Shown: positions 51,903 through 62,536, counted from the stretch's first letter. The stretch: DNA of 64,000 nucleotides from Bdellovibrionales bacterium (GCA_050250255.1 JBFWOZ010000005.1:24434-88433), one strand, 5' to 3'. Notes: generated by a model from the letters alone, not told the origin. Numbers and translations are program-made.

Positions 51903-52939
51903 ACGTCAGACTGTGGCTGGTTTATATAAGTGTAGTAAAATTGATGATAAGCCACCCGCATAACGGCGAAGATGGGTGGTGCAATAAAAATTCCGAGCAA
52001 ACCCATCCAGCTTCCAAAAATAAGCATAAAAATCAAAAGCGGAACTTCTGGAAGATCCGCTTGCCCTCTCATTACGAGTGGAAGCACAAGGTTTCCTTCG
52101 ATCTGCTGAGTAAGAAAAAAGACACCGACCACCCAAGGAATACGACTCGGGTCAGAAGCGAGCATGATAAGCACCGCCACAACCACCATCACCAAGACAC
52201 CAATATAAGGAATGATTCCAAAAATGGCGGTTAAAATTCCAAAGAGAACCCAGTACGGAGCGCCCACGGCCCACAATCCAAGGGCCGTAATGCTTCCAAC
52301 AATAACCATGTCAATGAGTTGAGCACGAAACCAAATACGAAGAACACTTGCACTTTCTTCAAAAAACTTTTGGGCCTTATGCCTATGACGGATCGGAAAA
52401 ACTTCGACCATCGAAGCGTAGTAAGACTTTGCACCTACCGCTGTGTAAAGGCCGATAAAAATAGCAAATAGGGCTCCAGACACGGCTCCAATTCCAGAAT
52501 ATAAACCTACAGAAATTTGGCTGAGAGTTGTTTGAACGATAGCCCCCAACTGGATTTCTTCGATTTGAGAACCAAGCCAAGGAAAACGTCGAAGGGCTCG
52601 AGTCGCGAGCTCAGAAAGTCTTTTCCCAATCTCTGGTGCTTGTTCTGCAAGTGCGATGGCTTGATCCGCAGCAACCAAATAAATGCCATACCCAAGTCCC
52701 ACTAAGAATAAAGTAAAGAGAATGAAAAGAAAAAAAGCACTTAAGGCGCGCGGAATATTATAACGAACTCGCAGCAGCCTTAAAATCGGAGAAATCAATA
52801 CGCCAATTCCTACGCCAATCAAACACGTTAAGACAACGGTGCGTGCAAAATAAAGAAGGGCTACAAAGCACACAAGAAAAACGGCATACGTGATAAGCAT
52901 GACTTGTCGCTTGAAGGATTCGTTGTTTAATAGACCCAT
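51899..52939 (-). CDS. AI-2E (PerM/UPF0118) family transporter
   Basis: 346 aa, polytopic, with typical family blocks (YIGVLVMVVVAVL, QQIEGNLVLPLVM). Confidence 0.8.
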   Translation of the reverse strand: MGLLNNESFKRQVMLITYAVFLVCFVALLYFARTVVLTCLIGVGIGVLISPILRLLRVRYNIPRALSAFFLFILFTLFLVGLGYGIYLVAADQAIALAEQAPEIGKRLSELATRALRRFPWLGSQIEEIQLGAIVQTTLSQISVGLYSGIGAVSGALFAIFIGLYTAVGAKSYYASMVEVFPIRHRHKAQKFFEESASVLRIWFRAQLIDMVIVGSITALGLWAVGAPYWVLFGILTAIFGIIPYIGVLVMVVVAVLIMLASDPSRIPWVVGVFFLTQQIEGNLVLPLVMRGQADLPEVPLLIFMLIFGSWMGLLGIFIAPPIFAVMRVAYHQFYYTYINQPQSDV

Positions 52940-53019
52940 CTCTGTTCGATCTCATGGGGTAAAGAAAGTGTCAATTCTACGATCACCGGTGGGGCAAAAT
53001 TCATCGTGAGTCGCATGAT

Positions 53020-53601
53020 TTAAGATAAAAGTTTTTCCAACGACTTCTCGACCTGGATGCGAGAAGTCTTGGAAGGTAAGGATGCATACAAAGCTTCATG
53101 GTCTCGAACAGAGGAAACCAAAAGGGTTTCAATTCCTTCTATTTGAGGCAGAACGCCTTGGAGAGAGAGGAGCTTCGTTTGAAATTGTAACTTCAAAATT
53201 TCTAGCTGGCGGCTTTTTTGAGCCGCCTCTAAAGAATGCCCTAACAAATCAAAGAGCGGCGAGAAATCAATAATACCCTCATGACTTAATCGTTCAACAA
53301 CCGCTACAAAGTAGAGCGCCGTCTCAATACGTTCATAATTTTCGCGAAGACCATCAAATGTTTTTATGAGCTGAGCTTCCGTCAGTCGGTGAAGGCCCCC
53401 TTCACGCGTAGATCTTTGAAATTGAATATGAACGTAATGTGTAGGCTCAAGTGTCCCACCACCAAAACGTTTGCGGCTTTGGACCGCGGACTTTGCGAAA
53501 AAACTCATTTTGGCGCCTTGACGAGTGAGCCCATGCACAATGAGGTCGCCCTCTCCATGACGGATGGTGCGCAAAATAATAATCTTTTCTTCTTCTTTCA
53601 T
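53020..53601 (-). CDS. recO: DNA repair protein RecO (compact, Cys-free)
   Basis: 193 aa. N-terminal OB-fold signature ILRTIRHGEGDLIVHGLTRQGAKMSFFAKSAVQSRKRFGGGTLEP. Confidence 0.75.
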   Translation of the reverse strand: MKEEEKIIILRTIRHGEGDLIVHGLTRQGAKMSFFAKSAVQSRKRFGGGTLEPTHYVHIQFQRSTREGGLHRLTEAQLIKTFDGLRENYERIETALYFVAVVERLSHEGIIDFSPLFDLLGHSLEAAQKSRQLEILKLQFQTKLLSLQGVLPQIEGIETLLVSSVRDHEALYASLPSKTSRIQVEKSLEKLLS

Positions 53602-53610
53602 GGCGTCCTA

Positions 53611-54963
53611 TTAAGTCGCAAGCGAACTATAATAATAAAGACCAAAAAGCACCGAGATCGCGCTGATATCCGCAAGAATAGTAAACAAAGGAACCGATAC
53701 AAACGCAGGATCAAGTTTTAATTTTTGTAAGAGCACGGGAATAAGACTTCCGGTGATGACGGTAAGAATAATTTGGAGGCCTAAACTACAACCCAAGAGG
53801 ACTGAGAGGTTCGCCTGTCCAACGAGCCAACGGCACCAAATAAATAAAAATCCCCCGAAGAGCACGCTAAAGATCGAACCGAGTTGCACTTCTTTGAGAA
53901 GATGAGCCGTAACTCCACTAAAAGAGAATTCTCCGTGTTTGGCCGCACCGACCGCCACCGTTGCGGATTGGTTTCCTGCTGTAGAGCCCAAAGAAAGAAA
54001 TAGGGGAATAAATCCAGCTAAGGCCCACCAGGTTTCACGTTTATCGTCAGGAACAATCAATTCAAAAATAAAAAAGCACAAGATACCGCCACCAAAAGTG
54101 AGAAGAAGCCACGGAAAACGTGCCTTAAAGTGCCCAGCAATCGTCTCCTCTCCACCCCAGCCGGCACGCCCCATGGCGAGGAGATCTTCATGAGCTTCCT
54201 CACGAATAATATCGATGACGTCATCTACCGTGATAATTCCCACAAGTTTTCCGCTGTCTACCACCGGAAGCGCAAGGAAGTCATAGCGCTCGACAACCTT
54301 GGCTACATCTTGCGGAGGAAGATCAATCGCCACACTGATGATATCGGGATCCATAATATCTTTTAAAGCCACGTTCGGGCGAGAAAGAATCAAGTCCTTC
54401 ACGCTTAATACGCCGACAAGATTATTTGTTTCATCAATGACGTAAATATAAATTGCCGTATAGGAGTCTTCTTCTCGGCTTTGAATTTCTTTAATGGCAT
54501 CAGAGACACTCAAGTTACAATTGAGCGCAAGGTAATCGGAGCTCATGATTGCACCCGCTGAATCCTCAGGGTAGCTCATGAGATCAGCAACGTCTTCGGA
54601 TTCCTCTTTCACCATGCTAGCGAGAATGTCTTCTGACATGTTTTCAGGAAGTCGACCTAACAGATCGGCCGCATCGTCAGAATCCATTCGCTGAACAATC
54701 TGATTCGCTTCTTTAGGTTCAAGACTCTGAAGAAGCTCTACCTGCGTATTGGGCTTGAGATAACTGATCACATCGGATCGTTTATCCATCGAAGCAATCA
54801 TTTTGAAAATCGTGAGACGTTCGTCGGCTTCTAGTTCCTCAATGAGAGTTGCGATATCGGGTGTATGCGCTTTTTTCAGAATTTTCTGGACGTTCTGTAA
54901 AGCTCCCCGTCTGGAGAGCTTTCGAATGCTCGAAATGAGGATGGAAGCGCGGCGATCGATCAT
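53611..54963 (-). CDS. mgtE: Magnesium transporter MgtE
   Basis: 450 aa with an N-domain, tandem CBS region and C-terminal TM domain (GNQSATV...). Confidence 0.9.
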   Translation of the reverse strand: MIDRRASILISSIRKLSRRGALQNVQKILKKAHTPDIATLIEELEADERLTIFKMIASMDKRSDVISYLKPNTQVELLQSLEPKEANQIVQRMDSDDAADLLGRLPENMSEDILASMVKEESEDVADLMSYPEDSAGAIMSSDYLALNCNLSVSDAIKEIQSREEDSYTAIYIYVIDETNNLVGVLSVKDLILSRPNVALKDIMDPDIISVAIDLPPQDVAKVVERYDFLALPVVDSGKLVGIITVDDVIDIIREEAHEDLLAMGRAGWGGEETIAGHFKARFPWLLLTFGGGILCFFIFELIVPDDKRETWWALAGFIPLFLSLGSTAGNQSATVAVGAAKHGEFSFSGVTAHLLKEVQLGSIFSVLFGGFLFIWCRWLVGQANLSVLLGCSLGLQIILTVITGSLIPVLLQKLKLDPAFVSVPLFTILADISAISVLFGLYYYSSLAT

Positions 54964-55949
54964 GAAGCCAGCTTATCAAAGTCAGGACGTTTGCGTCTAA
55001 AATAAAAAATAGAACCAAAAACACCCCAAGACAGCATCACGATTTGATTCGCCGTAATGGCAGTTGGCCCGATAGTGCTTTGATATCCTAAATACATCGT
55101 GAAGAGAGCTAAGAAAGCCGCTTGCCCAACTCCAATTCCTGCCGGAGCAATAGGCGCTGCCATCGCAATAAGCCCCACGGGAACGATGAAAAAATAAGCC
55201 TGCCAAGGAATCGCGGCACCCATAGCCTCACCGACGAGAATAAAAAATATCACGGCAATCGATTGCGAAATAACACTCAAAATAAGGGCTAGAAAAAGAG
55301 TGCCCGTGTGGCTCCGGTATTCATAAAAAACTTCGTGAAGACGCTGGAGAATTTTTCCGCCAGGGAGACGTGCAAAAATACTTTGAAACGCGTTTTTCGA
55401 ACGGCCTGAAAAGGAGAGAGCTAAGATGAGACCAAAAATAAGAAATAATGCGAAAGCTCCTATCGCGAGAGTGCGTAAATCCTCTTTCCCATCCATCAAA
55501 TGGTAATTTGCCGCGAGTGCCACAAGGGAAACCACCACCATAGAGAAAAAACCAATAAGACGATCGATAAAAATACTTGCCGCTGAAGCGAGTTTTCTCT
55601 CGGGATAATCTTGAGTGGTATAATAACCTTTTACTAGATCGCCCCCAACTCCACCTGGCATCGCAAGGTTAAAGAAAAGACCGATAAAACTCAGTTTCAA
55701 CGTGGACCAGTATGTGACCGCAAAACCCTGACATCGTAAAAGGATGTACCAGCGAAAGTTATTGATGCAGATATTGACCAAAGTAACTAGATATCCCAAG
55801 AGTAAAAAAGTCGGAGTGAATATGGTCATCAGTTGGTTAAAATCTAAATGTCCACTCTTCACAAGCCAGGCGATCAAGCCAGCGGCAACGAGGACTTTTA
55901 CGAGGGTGATTATGTTGTTTTTCATCTTCTTAGAATCCATAGACCTCAT
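54960..55949 (-). CDS. Flippase-like membrane protein (LPG-synthase TM / UPF0104 family)
   Basis: 329 aa, polytopic. N-terminus KVLVAAGLIAWLVKSGHLDFNQL and the block PGGVGGDLVKGYY. Confidence 0.7.
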   Translation of the reverse strand: MRSMDSKKMKNNIITLVKVLVAAGLIAWLVKSGHLDFNQLMTIFTPTFLLLGYLVTLVNICINNFRWYILLRCQGFAVTYWSTLKLSFIGLFFNLAMPGGVGGDLVKGYYTTQDYPERKLASAASIFIDRLIGFFSMVVVSLVALAANYHLMDGKEDLRTLAIGAFALFLIFGLILALSFSGRSKNAFQSIFARLPGGKILQRLHEVFYEYRSHTGTLFLALILSVISQSIAVIFFILVGEAMGAAIPWQAYFFIVPVGLIAMAAPIAPAGIGVGQAAFLALFTMYLGYQSTIGPTAITANQIVMLSWGVFGSIFYFRRKRPDFDKLAS

Positions 55950-55978
55950 TGACGTTTCGCTCTAAAAACACCTAAAAT
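55949..55978 (+). promoter_or_regulatory. Candidate sigma-70 promoter for ugd
   Basis: TTGACG-N18-TAAAAT, about 50 nt upstream of the ugd ATG. Confidence 0.35.
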
Positions 55979-56028
55979 GTCGACTTCTTTGGACATACGA
56001 TTTAAGTCTTTCGCATGAGGGAAGTAAA

Positions 56029-57336
56029 ATGAAAATTACAGTCATTGGCACTGGCTATGTAGGACTTGTTGCGGGAGTCTGCTTTGCAGATGCTGGGCAT
56101 AGCGTCATTTGCGTTGATAAGGATCCTTCCAAAGTTTCCTCCCTTCGTGAGGGCCAGATTCCTATTTATGAACCGGGACTTGAAGAGATTATGGAAGGTG
56201 CGATTAAACGAAAACGCATTCAATTCACTACCGATTTAGCGCAAGGAGTGAGTGAGAGTTCCGTTATTTTTATTGCTGTAGGAACTCCCGAAGGACCTAA
56301 TGGAGATGCCGAAATGGGTCCCCTCATGGGTGTGGTTGAGCAAATCAGCCAATCTGCACGAGATAAAAAGTATGTTGTTTTAAAGAGCACCGTTCCGGTA
56401 GGCACCGCTAAATTAGTTCAAACTCTTTTCGACCAAAAATCAAAGTTTTCTGTGGAAGTGATCAATAATCCCGAGTTTTTAAAAGAAGGCGCCGCCATCG
56501 ATGACTTCTTAAAACCTGATCGCGTTGTCATCGGCTGTCGTACAGAAGAAGCTAAGCAAATTATGCAGGAGCTCTACGACCCGTTTTTAAAAAATGGAAA
56601 CCCCATCTTCTTTATGGATAACGCTTCTGCAGAACTCACAAAATATGCGGCAAATGCATTTTTGTCGGTCAAAATTAGCTTCATTAATGAACTCGCACAA
56701 CTGGCAGACAAAGTAGGAGCCGATATCAATCAAGTTCGCAAAGGTTTCACCTCTGATTCTCGTATCAACCCTGCTTTCTTTTACCCAGGTATCGGTTACG
56801 GCGGAAGTTGCTTTCCGAAAGATGTAAAAGCTCTCGTACGTACAGGCCAAAAAAATGATGTGGCAATGAAAATTGTTGCTTCCGCCGACGAAGTCAATTT
56901 TGAACAGCGTGAAGTATTGTTTCAAAAAATTAAAAAACATTTTGGTGATCTCAAAGGCAAACAAATCGCCCTCTGGGGTTTAAGCTTTAAACCACGTACC
57001 GATGATGTTCGCGAAGCCCCGGCTCTGGATCTCATCAGCAAACTCTCTCAAGCGGGCGCACAGATTTGCGCCTTCGATCCCGTAGCGTCGGAGAATGCGC
57101 AAAAAGCTTCTGACGTGAAATTTCAGGTCGCTTCTTCCGCGATGGAAGCTGTGGAAAATGCCGATGCACTTGTGGTTGTGACTGAATGGAATGAATTCCG
57201 TAATCCTAATTTAGAAGATTTGAAAAAGAAGCTGAAACAAGCGGTCATATTTGATGGTCGCAACATTTTTGAACCTGCGCGCATGAAACAAGCGGGTTTT
57301 AAATATTACTGTTTTGGTCGAGAAAGTTTGAGTTAA
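56029..57336 (+). CDS. ugd: UDP-glucose 6-dehydrogenase
   Basis: 435 aa; contains VIGTGYVGLV and GGSCFPKD (catalytic Cys). Confidence 0.93.
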   Translation: MKITVIGTGYVGLVAGVCFADAGHSVICVDKDPSKVSSLREGQIPIYEPGLEEIMEGAIKRKRIQFTTDLAQGVSESSVIFIAVGTPEGPNGDAEMGPLMGVVEQISQSARDKKYVVLKSTVPVGTAKLVQTLFDQKSKFSVEVINNPEFLKEGAAIDDFLKPDRVVIGCRTEEAKQIMQELYDPFLKNGNPIFFMDNASAELTKYAANAFLSVKISFINELAQLADKVGADINQVRKGFTSDSRINPAFFYPGIGYGGSCFPKDVKALVRTGQKNDVAMKIVASADEVNFEQREVLFQKIKKHFGDLKGKQIALWGLSFKPRTDDVREAPALDLISKLSQAGAQICAFDPVASENAQKASDVKFQVASSAMEAVENADALVVVTEWNEFRNPNLEDLKKKLKQAVIFDGRNIFEPARMKQAGFKYYCFGRESLS

Positions 57337-57338
57337 CT

Positions 57339-58271
57339 ATGTCGAAAAAAAAAGCTCTCGTTGCCGGCGGTGCCGGATTCATCGGCAGCCATCTCTGTGA
57401 ATACCTTCTTTCAAAAAATTATGACGTACATGCACTCGATAATTTGGTCACCGGCCGAAAAGAGAACATTCAGCATTTAATTGTAAAGGGATTGCAATTT
57501 CATCAGCTGAATTTGATTGAGCCTTTTGATTTAAATGTCACCTTTGACGAAATTTATAATTTAGCCTCCCCCGCAAGCCCCGTGGATTTTGCAAAAATGC
57601 CTCTCTTTATTTTGCAGACTTCTAGTGTAGGTCATTTGCGTCTACTTGATCTTGCAAAAAAAATGAATGCACGGATTTTGATCGCCAGCACGAGCGAAGT
57701 TTATGGCGATCCCATCGAACATCCGCAAACTGAGGAATACTGGGGAAATGTGAATCCCATTGGTCCACGTAGCTGCTATGATGAGGCGAAACGTTTTGCT
57801 GAAGCTTTGAGCATGGCCCACTTCCGTACAGAAAAAACGCAAATACGTATTATCCGTATCTTCAACACCTACGGGCCACGTATGCGTCCTGATGATGGCC
57901 GCATTATCCCGAACTTCTTCATGCAAGCTTTGAAAAAGCAACCACTCACTATTTACGGAGATGGGACGCAAACGAGAAGTTTCTGCTACGTTTCGGATAT
58001 GGTGGAAGGCATGTACGCACTCATGCAGAGCATGGTCACCACGCCCGTCAACATTGGTAATCCTTCGGAGAAAAGTGTTGCGGAGATTGCAGATGAGATC
58101 AATCGACTCACCGGCAACACTCAAGAACATATTTTCTTGCCATTACCAGAGGATGATCCACGAAGACGTTGGCCCCAAATCGATAAAGCAAAAAAACTTT
58201 TGAAATGGGAGCCGCGTGTGGATTTAGCCGAAGGCCTCGAAAAGACCCTCGCATTTTTCAAAACAATCTAA
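57339..58271 (+). CDS. UDP-glucuronate decarboxylase (UDP-xylose synthase-type SDR)
   Basis: 310 aa; contains GGAGFIGSHL, STSEVYG and YDEAKR. Confidence 0.85.
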   Translation: MSKKKALVAGGAGFIGSHLCEYLLSKNYDVHALDNLVTGRKENIQHLIVKGLQFHQLNLIEPFDLNVTFDEIYNLASPASPVDFAKMPLFILQTSSVGHLRLLDLAKKMNARILIASTSEVYGDPIEHPQTEEYWGNVNPIGPRSCYDEAKRFAEALSMAHFRTEKTQIRIIRIFNTYGPRMRPDDGRIIPNFFMQALKKQPLTIYGDGTQTRSFCYVSDMVEGMYALMQSMVTTPVNIGNPSEKSVAEIADEINRLTGNTQEHIFLPLPEDDPRRRWPQIDKAKKLLKWEPRVDLAEGLEKTLAFFKTI

Positions 58272-58280
58272 AGTCGCTGA

Positions 58281-58397
58281 GTCGTTCGAAAATAGGTTAG
58301 ATGCTAGGCGCGAGGGAGTGAGCGCGGAGACATACTTCCTGTATGTCGCACAAGCGAATGACTGAGCAACGACGCAGATAGCCTATTTGCGGACGAC
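58281..58397. repeat. Long imperfect inverted repeat with nested hairpins in a convergent intergenic region
   Basis: The outer arms GTCGTTCGAAAATAGGTTAGATGC and GCAGATAGCCTATTTGCGGACGAC are 19/24 Watson-Crick plus 2 G-U. The central hairpin GACATAC-TTCCT-GTATGTC is perfect. Confidence 0.7.
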
Positions 58398-58398
58398 G

Positions 58399-59805
58399 TC
58401 AGTAAGCGTGAGGCGACACGAAACCTTTAAAGATCGTCAAGAATAAGATTTTGATATCAAGCCACAATGACCAATGTGTGATGTAGTAAAGATCGTGTTC
58501 GATGCGTGCTTGGAGACTCGTATTCCCGCGAAGGCCATTGATCTGAGCCCATCCGGTCATACCTGCCTTCACCTTGTGACGAAGCATGTAGCCTGGAATT
58601 TCTTTTTTAAATTTTTCGACGAAAACAGGACGTTCTGGCCGCGGCCCCACGCAACTCATTTCGCCTTTTAAAACGTTGAAAAGCTGCGGAAGTTCATCAA
58701 GTGATGTTTTACGAGTGAGCTTTCCAATCCAGGTCACTCGATCATCATTTTGCGCGGCCCATACGGCTCCACTTTTAGATTCCGCATCGATTCGCATACT
58801 ACGAAACTTGATCATGAAGAAAGTTTGTCCATCAAGCCCCATGCGTTCTTGATAATAAAAAATCGGTCCACGAGAACTTAATTTAATTGCCAGAGTGATA
58901 AAAAGCATGACCGGCGAAAAGAGAGTCAGTGCGAGAGATCCAAAAACAATATCACTAATACGTTTTAAAACAGCATTCCAACCTAAGATAGGACTTTGAT
59001 TCAAACTTAAAAGCGGAAGACCGTCAAACTCCTCGACTTCAAAGCCAAGGATGGAATACTGACTGATATCGGGAACAATTTTGATATCGATATTGAGGTT
59101 CATGAGAGAATTAAGGATGGAATCCATTCGACTGGCATCTTCGTTTCTCAAACAAATGGAAACGTAATTCGCTCCCAACTTTTGAGCGATAGACTCTAAT
59201 TCCTCGGTCGTTCCCAGCACTTCATTTTTTTGCCAACCAGCTAAATTGGAGTTAGAACCTACCGGAACAATTCCCAATACTTGAATGCCAAGTTCATGGT
59301 TCTCGATCATGCGTTTTTTCATCGCGAGCGCCAGCTGCGGATCACCCACTAACAATAAATAGCGTTGATTCAACCCACGCCGACGAAGAAACTTTAGCCC
59401 TCCACGAAGCAAAGAGCGGCTCGCACAAAGACCAAAAATCGCAAAGACGAAAAAGAGAAACATGACCCAGCGGGAGAGTTCCTCACGGGCAGTAAAGTGG
59501 GAGTAAGTGACAAATACGAGAAATCCAATAGCCGAAGCCTTGATCAGGGTAAAAAGCTCGGCTCCGAAGGTCTCCATACGCCAACTTTTATAGGCGCCAG
59601 AAAGTTGTAAACCCAAATACCAGACAAACATGATGAGTAAAGTGGCATTGAGATAGCTATCAAAAGGTGCAATCTCAACTTGCGGGATTCCGTCGATAGG
59701 TTGGTAAAAGCGCACATAGTAGGCCAAAAGCCAGCAGAGACCCACCACAAGGGCATCGCTCAACTGAAATAAAAGCCGAAAAAATCGGTGATGGGTTCTG
59801 AGCAT
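58399..59805 (-). CDS. Polyprenyl-phosphate glycosylphosphotransferase (WcaJ/WbaP-type priming transferase)
   Basis: 468 aa with N-terminal TM helices and a C-terminal bacterial sugar-transferase domain (GPRPERPVF...KAGMTGWAQING). Confidence 0.88.
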   Translation of the reverse strand: MLRTHHRFFRLLFQLSDALVVGLCWLLAYYVRFYQPIDGIPQVEIAPFDSYLNATLLIMFVWYLGLQLSGAYKSWRMETFGAELFTLIKASAIGFLVFVTYSHFTAREELSRWVMFLFFVFAIFGLCASRSLLRGGLKFLRRRGLNQRYLLLVGDPQLALAMKKRMIENHELGIQVLGIVPVGSNSNLAGWQKNEVLGTTEELESIAQKLGANYVSICLRNEDASRMDSILNSLMNLNIDIKIVPDISQYSILGFEVEEFDGLPLLSLNQSPILGWNAVLKRISDIVFGSLALTLFSPVMLFITLAIKLSSRGPIFYYQERMGLDGQTFFMIKFRSMRIDAESKSGAVWAAQNDDRVTWIGKLTRKTSLDELPQLFNVLKGEMSCVGPRPERPVFVEKFKKEIPGYMLRHKVKAGMTGWAQINGLRGNTSLQARIEHDLYYITHWSLWLDIKILFLTIFKGFVSPHAY

Positions 59806-59885
59806 GAATCTCCTGTGTATGCTTGAGGTCTTGTTTTACCTCTTTCCTTTATTGAGAGCAACAGACCTTTAAGGTATGTAAAGGT

Positions 59886-61022
59886 ATGGAAACGCTGTTA
59901 AAAGGTAAAAAAGTGGCCATTGTCCACGACTGGATGACGGGCTATCGCGGAGGAGAAAAAGTGCTCTCCGAAATCGCCGCCCTGTTCCCCGATGCCCCTA
60001 TTTATACCCTCGTGCACAAAAAAAACTCCACAAGTCGTGATCTCGAAGCCCGAAACATCCGTACGGGCCTCATTAACAAACTTCCTTTTGGTCAAAAATA
60101 CTATCGCCACTATTTGCCGTTCTTCCCACTCGCCGCCGAAACTCTTTTACCTCGAGGATTTGACGTGGTGATTTCTACCTCACACGCGGTTGCAAAATCT
60201 ATCAATACTCGAGGAGCCGCTCACTGGTGCTATATTCACTCGCCCATGAGATATGTTTGGGATCGCTTTGATGATTATTTTGGAGCGGATATTGTAGGCG
60301 CGCTCCCCTCGAAATTATTTTTTAAACCTATCGCCCATGCTCTTAGCTTTTACGATCGTAAAACGGCCAATCGTGTAGATCAATTCGTCGCCAATTCACG
60401 GTTTGTCGCCACACGTGTGCGAGATTACTATTCCAGAGATTCTGAAGTCATTCATCCACCAGTGAATGTCGAACGCTATCGTTCTTTAGAAAGGAAGCCT
60501 GAAGATTTTTATCTGTTCTTCTCGGCCCTTGTCCCCTACAAAAAAGCAGATCACGCGATTCTTGCCTGCCAAAAACTTGGGAGAAAACTTGTGATTCTTG
60601 GCGATGGACCCGAGAAAGAAAAACTTCAGAAATTAGCGGCGGGAGCTCAGGTCGAGTTCATGGATGCGAGCTCCGACCAAGTCATCGAAGATTTGATGAG
60701 TCGAGCAAAGGCGTTTCTCTTTCCCGCAATTGAAGATTTTGGAATTGCGCCCGTGGAAGCTACGGCGGCGGGCCTTCCCATCATAGGACTCGCTCAAGGT
60801 GGACTCCTCGATAGCCAAAGTGATGAAACTTGCGTGTTTTACGCAGAACAGACCGTCGATGCTTTAGCGGATGCCATTTTGAAATTTGAAAAAGAAGCAA
60901 ACCGGTTTGATCGTGAGAAAATGTGGAAACAATGTCAGAAATTTGCCCCAGAACGTTTTCGTCAGAAAGTAACTGATTCACTACGCAGCTTTGAAAAGAA
61001 TCATTTTAAAAATTTAAGATAG
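59886..61022 (+). CDS. Glycosyltransferase family 4 (GT-B)
   Basis: 378 aa with the E-x7-E region FPAIEDFGIAPVEATAAGLP. Confidence 0.85.
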   Translation: METLLKGKKVAIVHDWMTGYRGGEKVLSEIAALFPDAPIYTLVHKKNSTSRDLEARNIRTGLINKLPFGQKYYRHYLPFFPLAAETLLPRGFDVVISTSHAVAKSINTRGAAHWCYIHSPMRYVWDRFDDYFGADIVGALPSKLFFKPIAHALSFYDRKTANRVDQFVANSRFVATRVRDYYSRDSEVIHPPVNVERYRSLERKPEDFYLFFSALVPYKKADHAILACQKLGRKLVILGDGPEKEKLQKLAAGAQVEFMDASSDQVIEDLMSRAKAFLFPAIEDFGIAPVEATAAGLPIIGLAQGGLLDSQSDETCVFYAEQTVDALADAILKFEKEANRFDREKMWKQCQKFAPERFRQKVTDSLRSFEKNHFKNLR

Positions 61023-61090
61023 TTGAAAGAACCTCGTAAGAATCTTTCGTATCCACAGAGAGCCTAACGAAAGCTCAAACTGGGGTGAAA

Positions 61091-61447
61091 CTATCGGGTG
61101 CTTGGCCCTGGAGGAGTGACATCGTGGTCTGCGCTTTGGACACAAACGATAAGATCTTTTTTCTCAGCATCAAACCATCTGGAAACTGTACCCAAAGGGC
61201 ATTCTAATTTCGGGTGAATGAATGTGCAGTTCTCCGTATTGATAGCAACCTTCTTGGCTTCAGAAACATTTTTCAAGCCTTTGCATCCTATTTTTTCTAA
61301 CGTTTTAGTAGCCTCCGCCTGTTTCTGCTGTGCTTGTTTCGTGGTCGTCGCGGATGGCAACTCTAAAACCAATGTCTCACTAGAACGTGCGCTCACTACG
61401 AGAGACCCCAGAAAAATCATCGTGAAAATAAAAAATTTGGTCATCAT
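61091..61447 (-). CDS. Small secreted four-Cys protein
   Basis: 118 aa; signal peptide MMTKFFIFTMIFLGSLVVSARS. Confidence 0.6.
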   Translation of the reverse strand: MMTKFFIFTMIFLGSLVVSARSSETLVLELPSATTTKQAQQKQAEATKTLEKIGCKGLKNVSEAKKVAINTENCTFIHPKLECPLGTVSRWFDAEKKDLIVCVQSADHDVTPPGPSTR

Positions 61448-61540
61448 TCACCCCTTTTACTCATTCTAGTTTAACGCAAATCCCTGAAGAATCCTAAAAA
61501 GTTATCACGTAAGGCCTGCTCTAAAGGAGCGGCGTACCTT

Positions 61541-62536
61541 TTACTCCCCGTTTTGCAGCTTAAGAAGCTGAGCATGGGCCGTCAGTAAATGTTTTTCGAG
61601 ATCTGGATTGAGAAGCTCGAGCGAGATCAGCACGAGTCCTCGAAGGGTTTCTGGAGGAAGGCCTTGGGATTCGTAGTATTTGAAGAATTCAAATCCGCCC
61701 CATCGGCATCCACTGGTAGTTTCTAATCGTTTTTCTTGGCCGGGAGGTAAGAGTTTTATTTTTAAGTGTTGAGCGAGTTCTTGTATGAACGCTTCGCCGT
61801 CGACGTCTTCAAATACAATCGCCGCCCGATCAAACAATCGCGATTTCCCCGAGGTAAAAAAGGGCTTAGAACCAGCAAGTTTTTTAGATTCGAAATCTTC
61901 CACTAATTTTTTGTTCTCTGTCACTTTTGAATATAGCTCCAGCTTCTCTAGATCGAGAGCGCGAACCCACTCTGACAGGCCTGCAATCATGGGCGGGAGC
62001 CTAGAGCACTTAGCTCCAAGTCTTGCCACCGAAATACGATCCGATACATTCATAAAGTAAGCTGCAAACTGATGAATCGGCGGAACCTCTCTGCACAAAT
62101 GAATTCCATGAAATACGGAGAGAGTAAAAATCTTCTTATTCGCAAGTTCGGCTCTTAACTTCTCAAGCCCAAAAATTTCTCCCGTCATCGGATCGTCAAT
62201 CACATCCAGAAATAGAAGACAATCTTTGCTCAACTTTGAGAGCCAATCATCCATATTCCCAATATCTTTTACGTCGAGTGGCTCACCCTGCACGCCTTCA
62301 ATCGAAAGACTCTGCACGATGGGATCAAAGTTCAATCCTGCACCTCTTAAATAAGCGAATTTTCTTTTGTGGGGATACATGCGTATGAGTCCGCGTGCGA
62401 TCTCGTTCAAACCGGTGGAAAGATCAGGGTAGGCGCGGAGGGTTTCGACCGAGGTGCCCGGCTGAATCCCTAAAGAGGATACGAGTTTTTTTTCAAACTC
62501 CTGAAGACGCTCCTCAGGGGGAAAGGGGAACTTCAT
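61541..62536 (-). CDS. Hypothetical 331-aa protein, last gene of the NuoD-like/NuoI-like operon
   Basis: The ATG start overlaps the upstream ORF by 23 nt. No motif recognised. Confidence 0.7.
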   Translation of the reverse strand: MKFPFPPEERLQEFEKKLVSSLGIQPGTSVETLRAYPDLSTGLNEIARGLIRMYPHKRKFAYLRGAGLNFDPIVQSLSIEGVQGEPLDVKDIGNMDDWLSKLSKDCLLFLDVIDDPMTGEIFGLEKLRAELANKKIFTLSVFHGIHLCREVPPIHQFAAYFMNVSDRISVARLGAKCSRLPPMIAGLSEWVRALDLEKLELYSKVTENKKLVEDFESKKLAGSKPFFTSGKSRLFDRAAIVFEDVDGEAFIQELAQHLKIKLLPPGQEKRLETTSGCRWGGFEFFKYYESQGLPPETLRGLVLISLELLNPDLEKHLLTAHAQLLKLQNGE

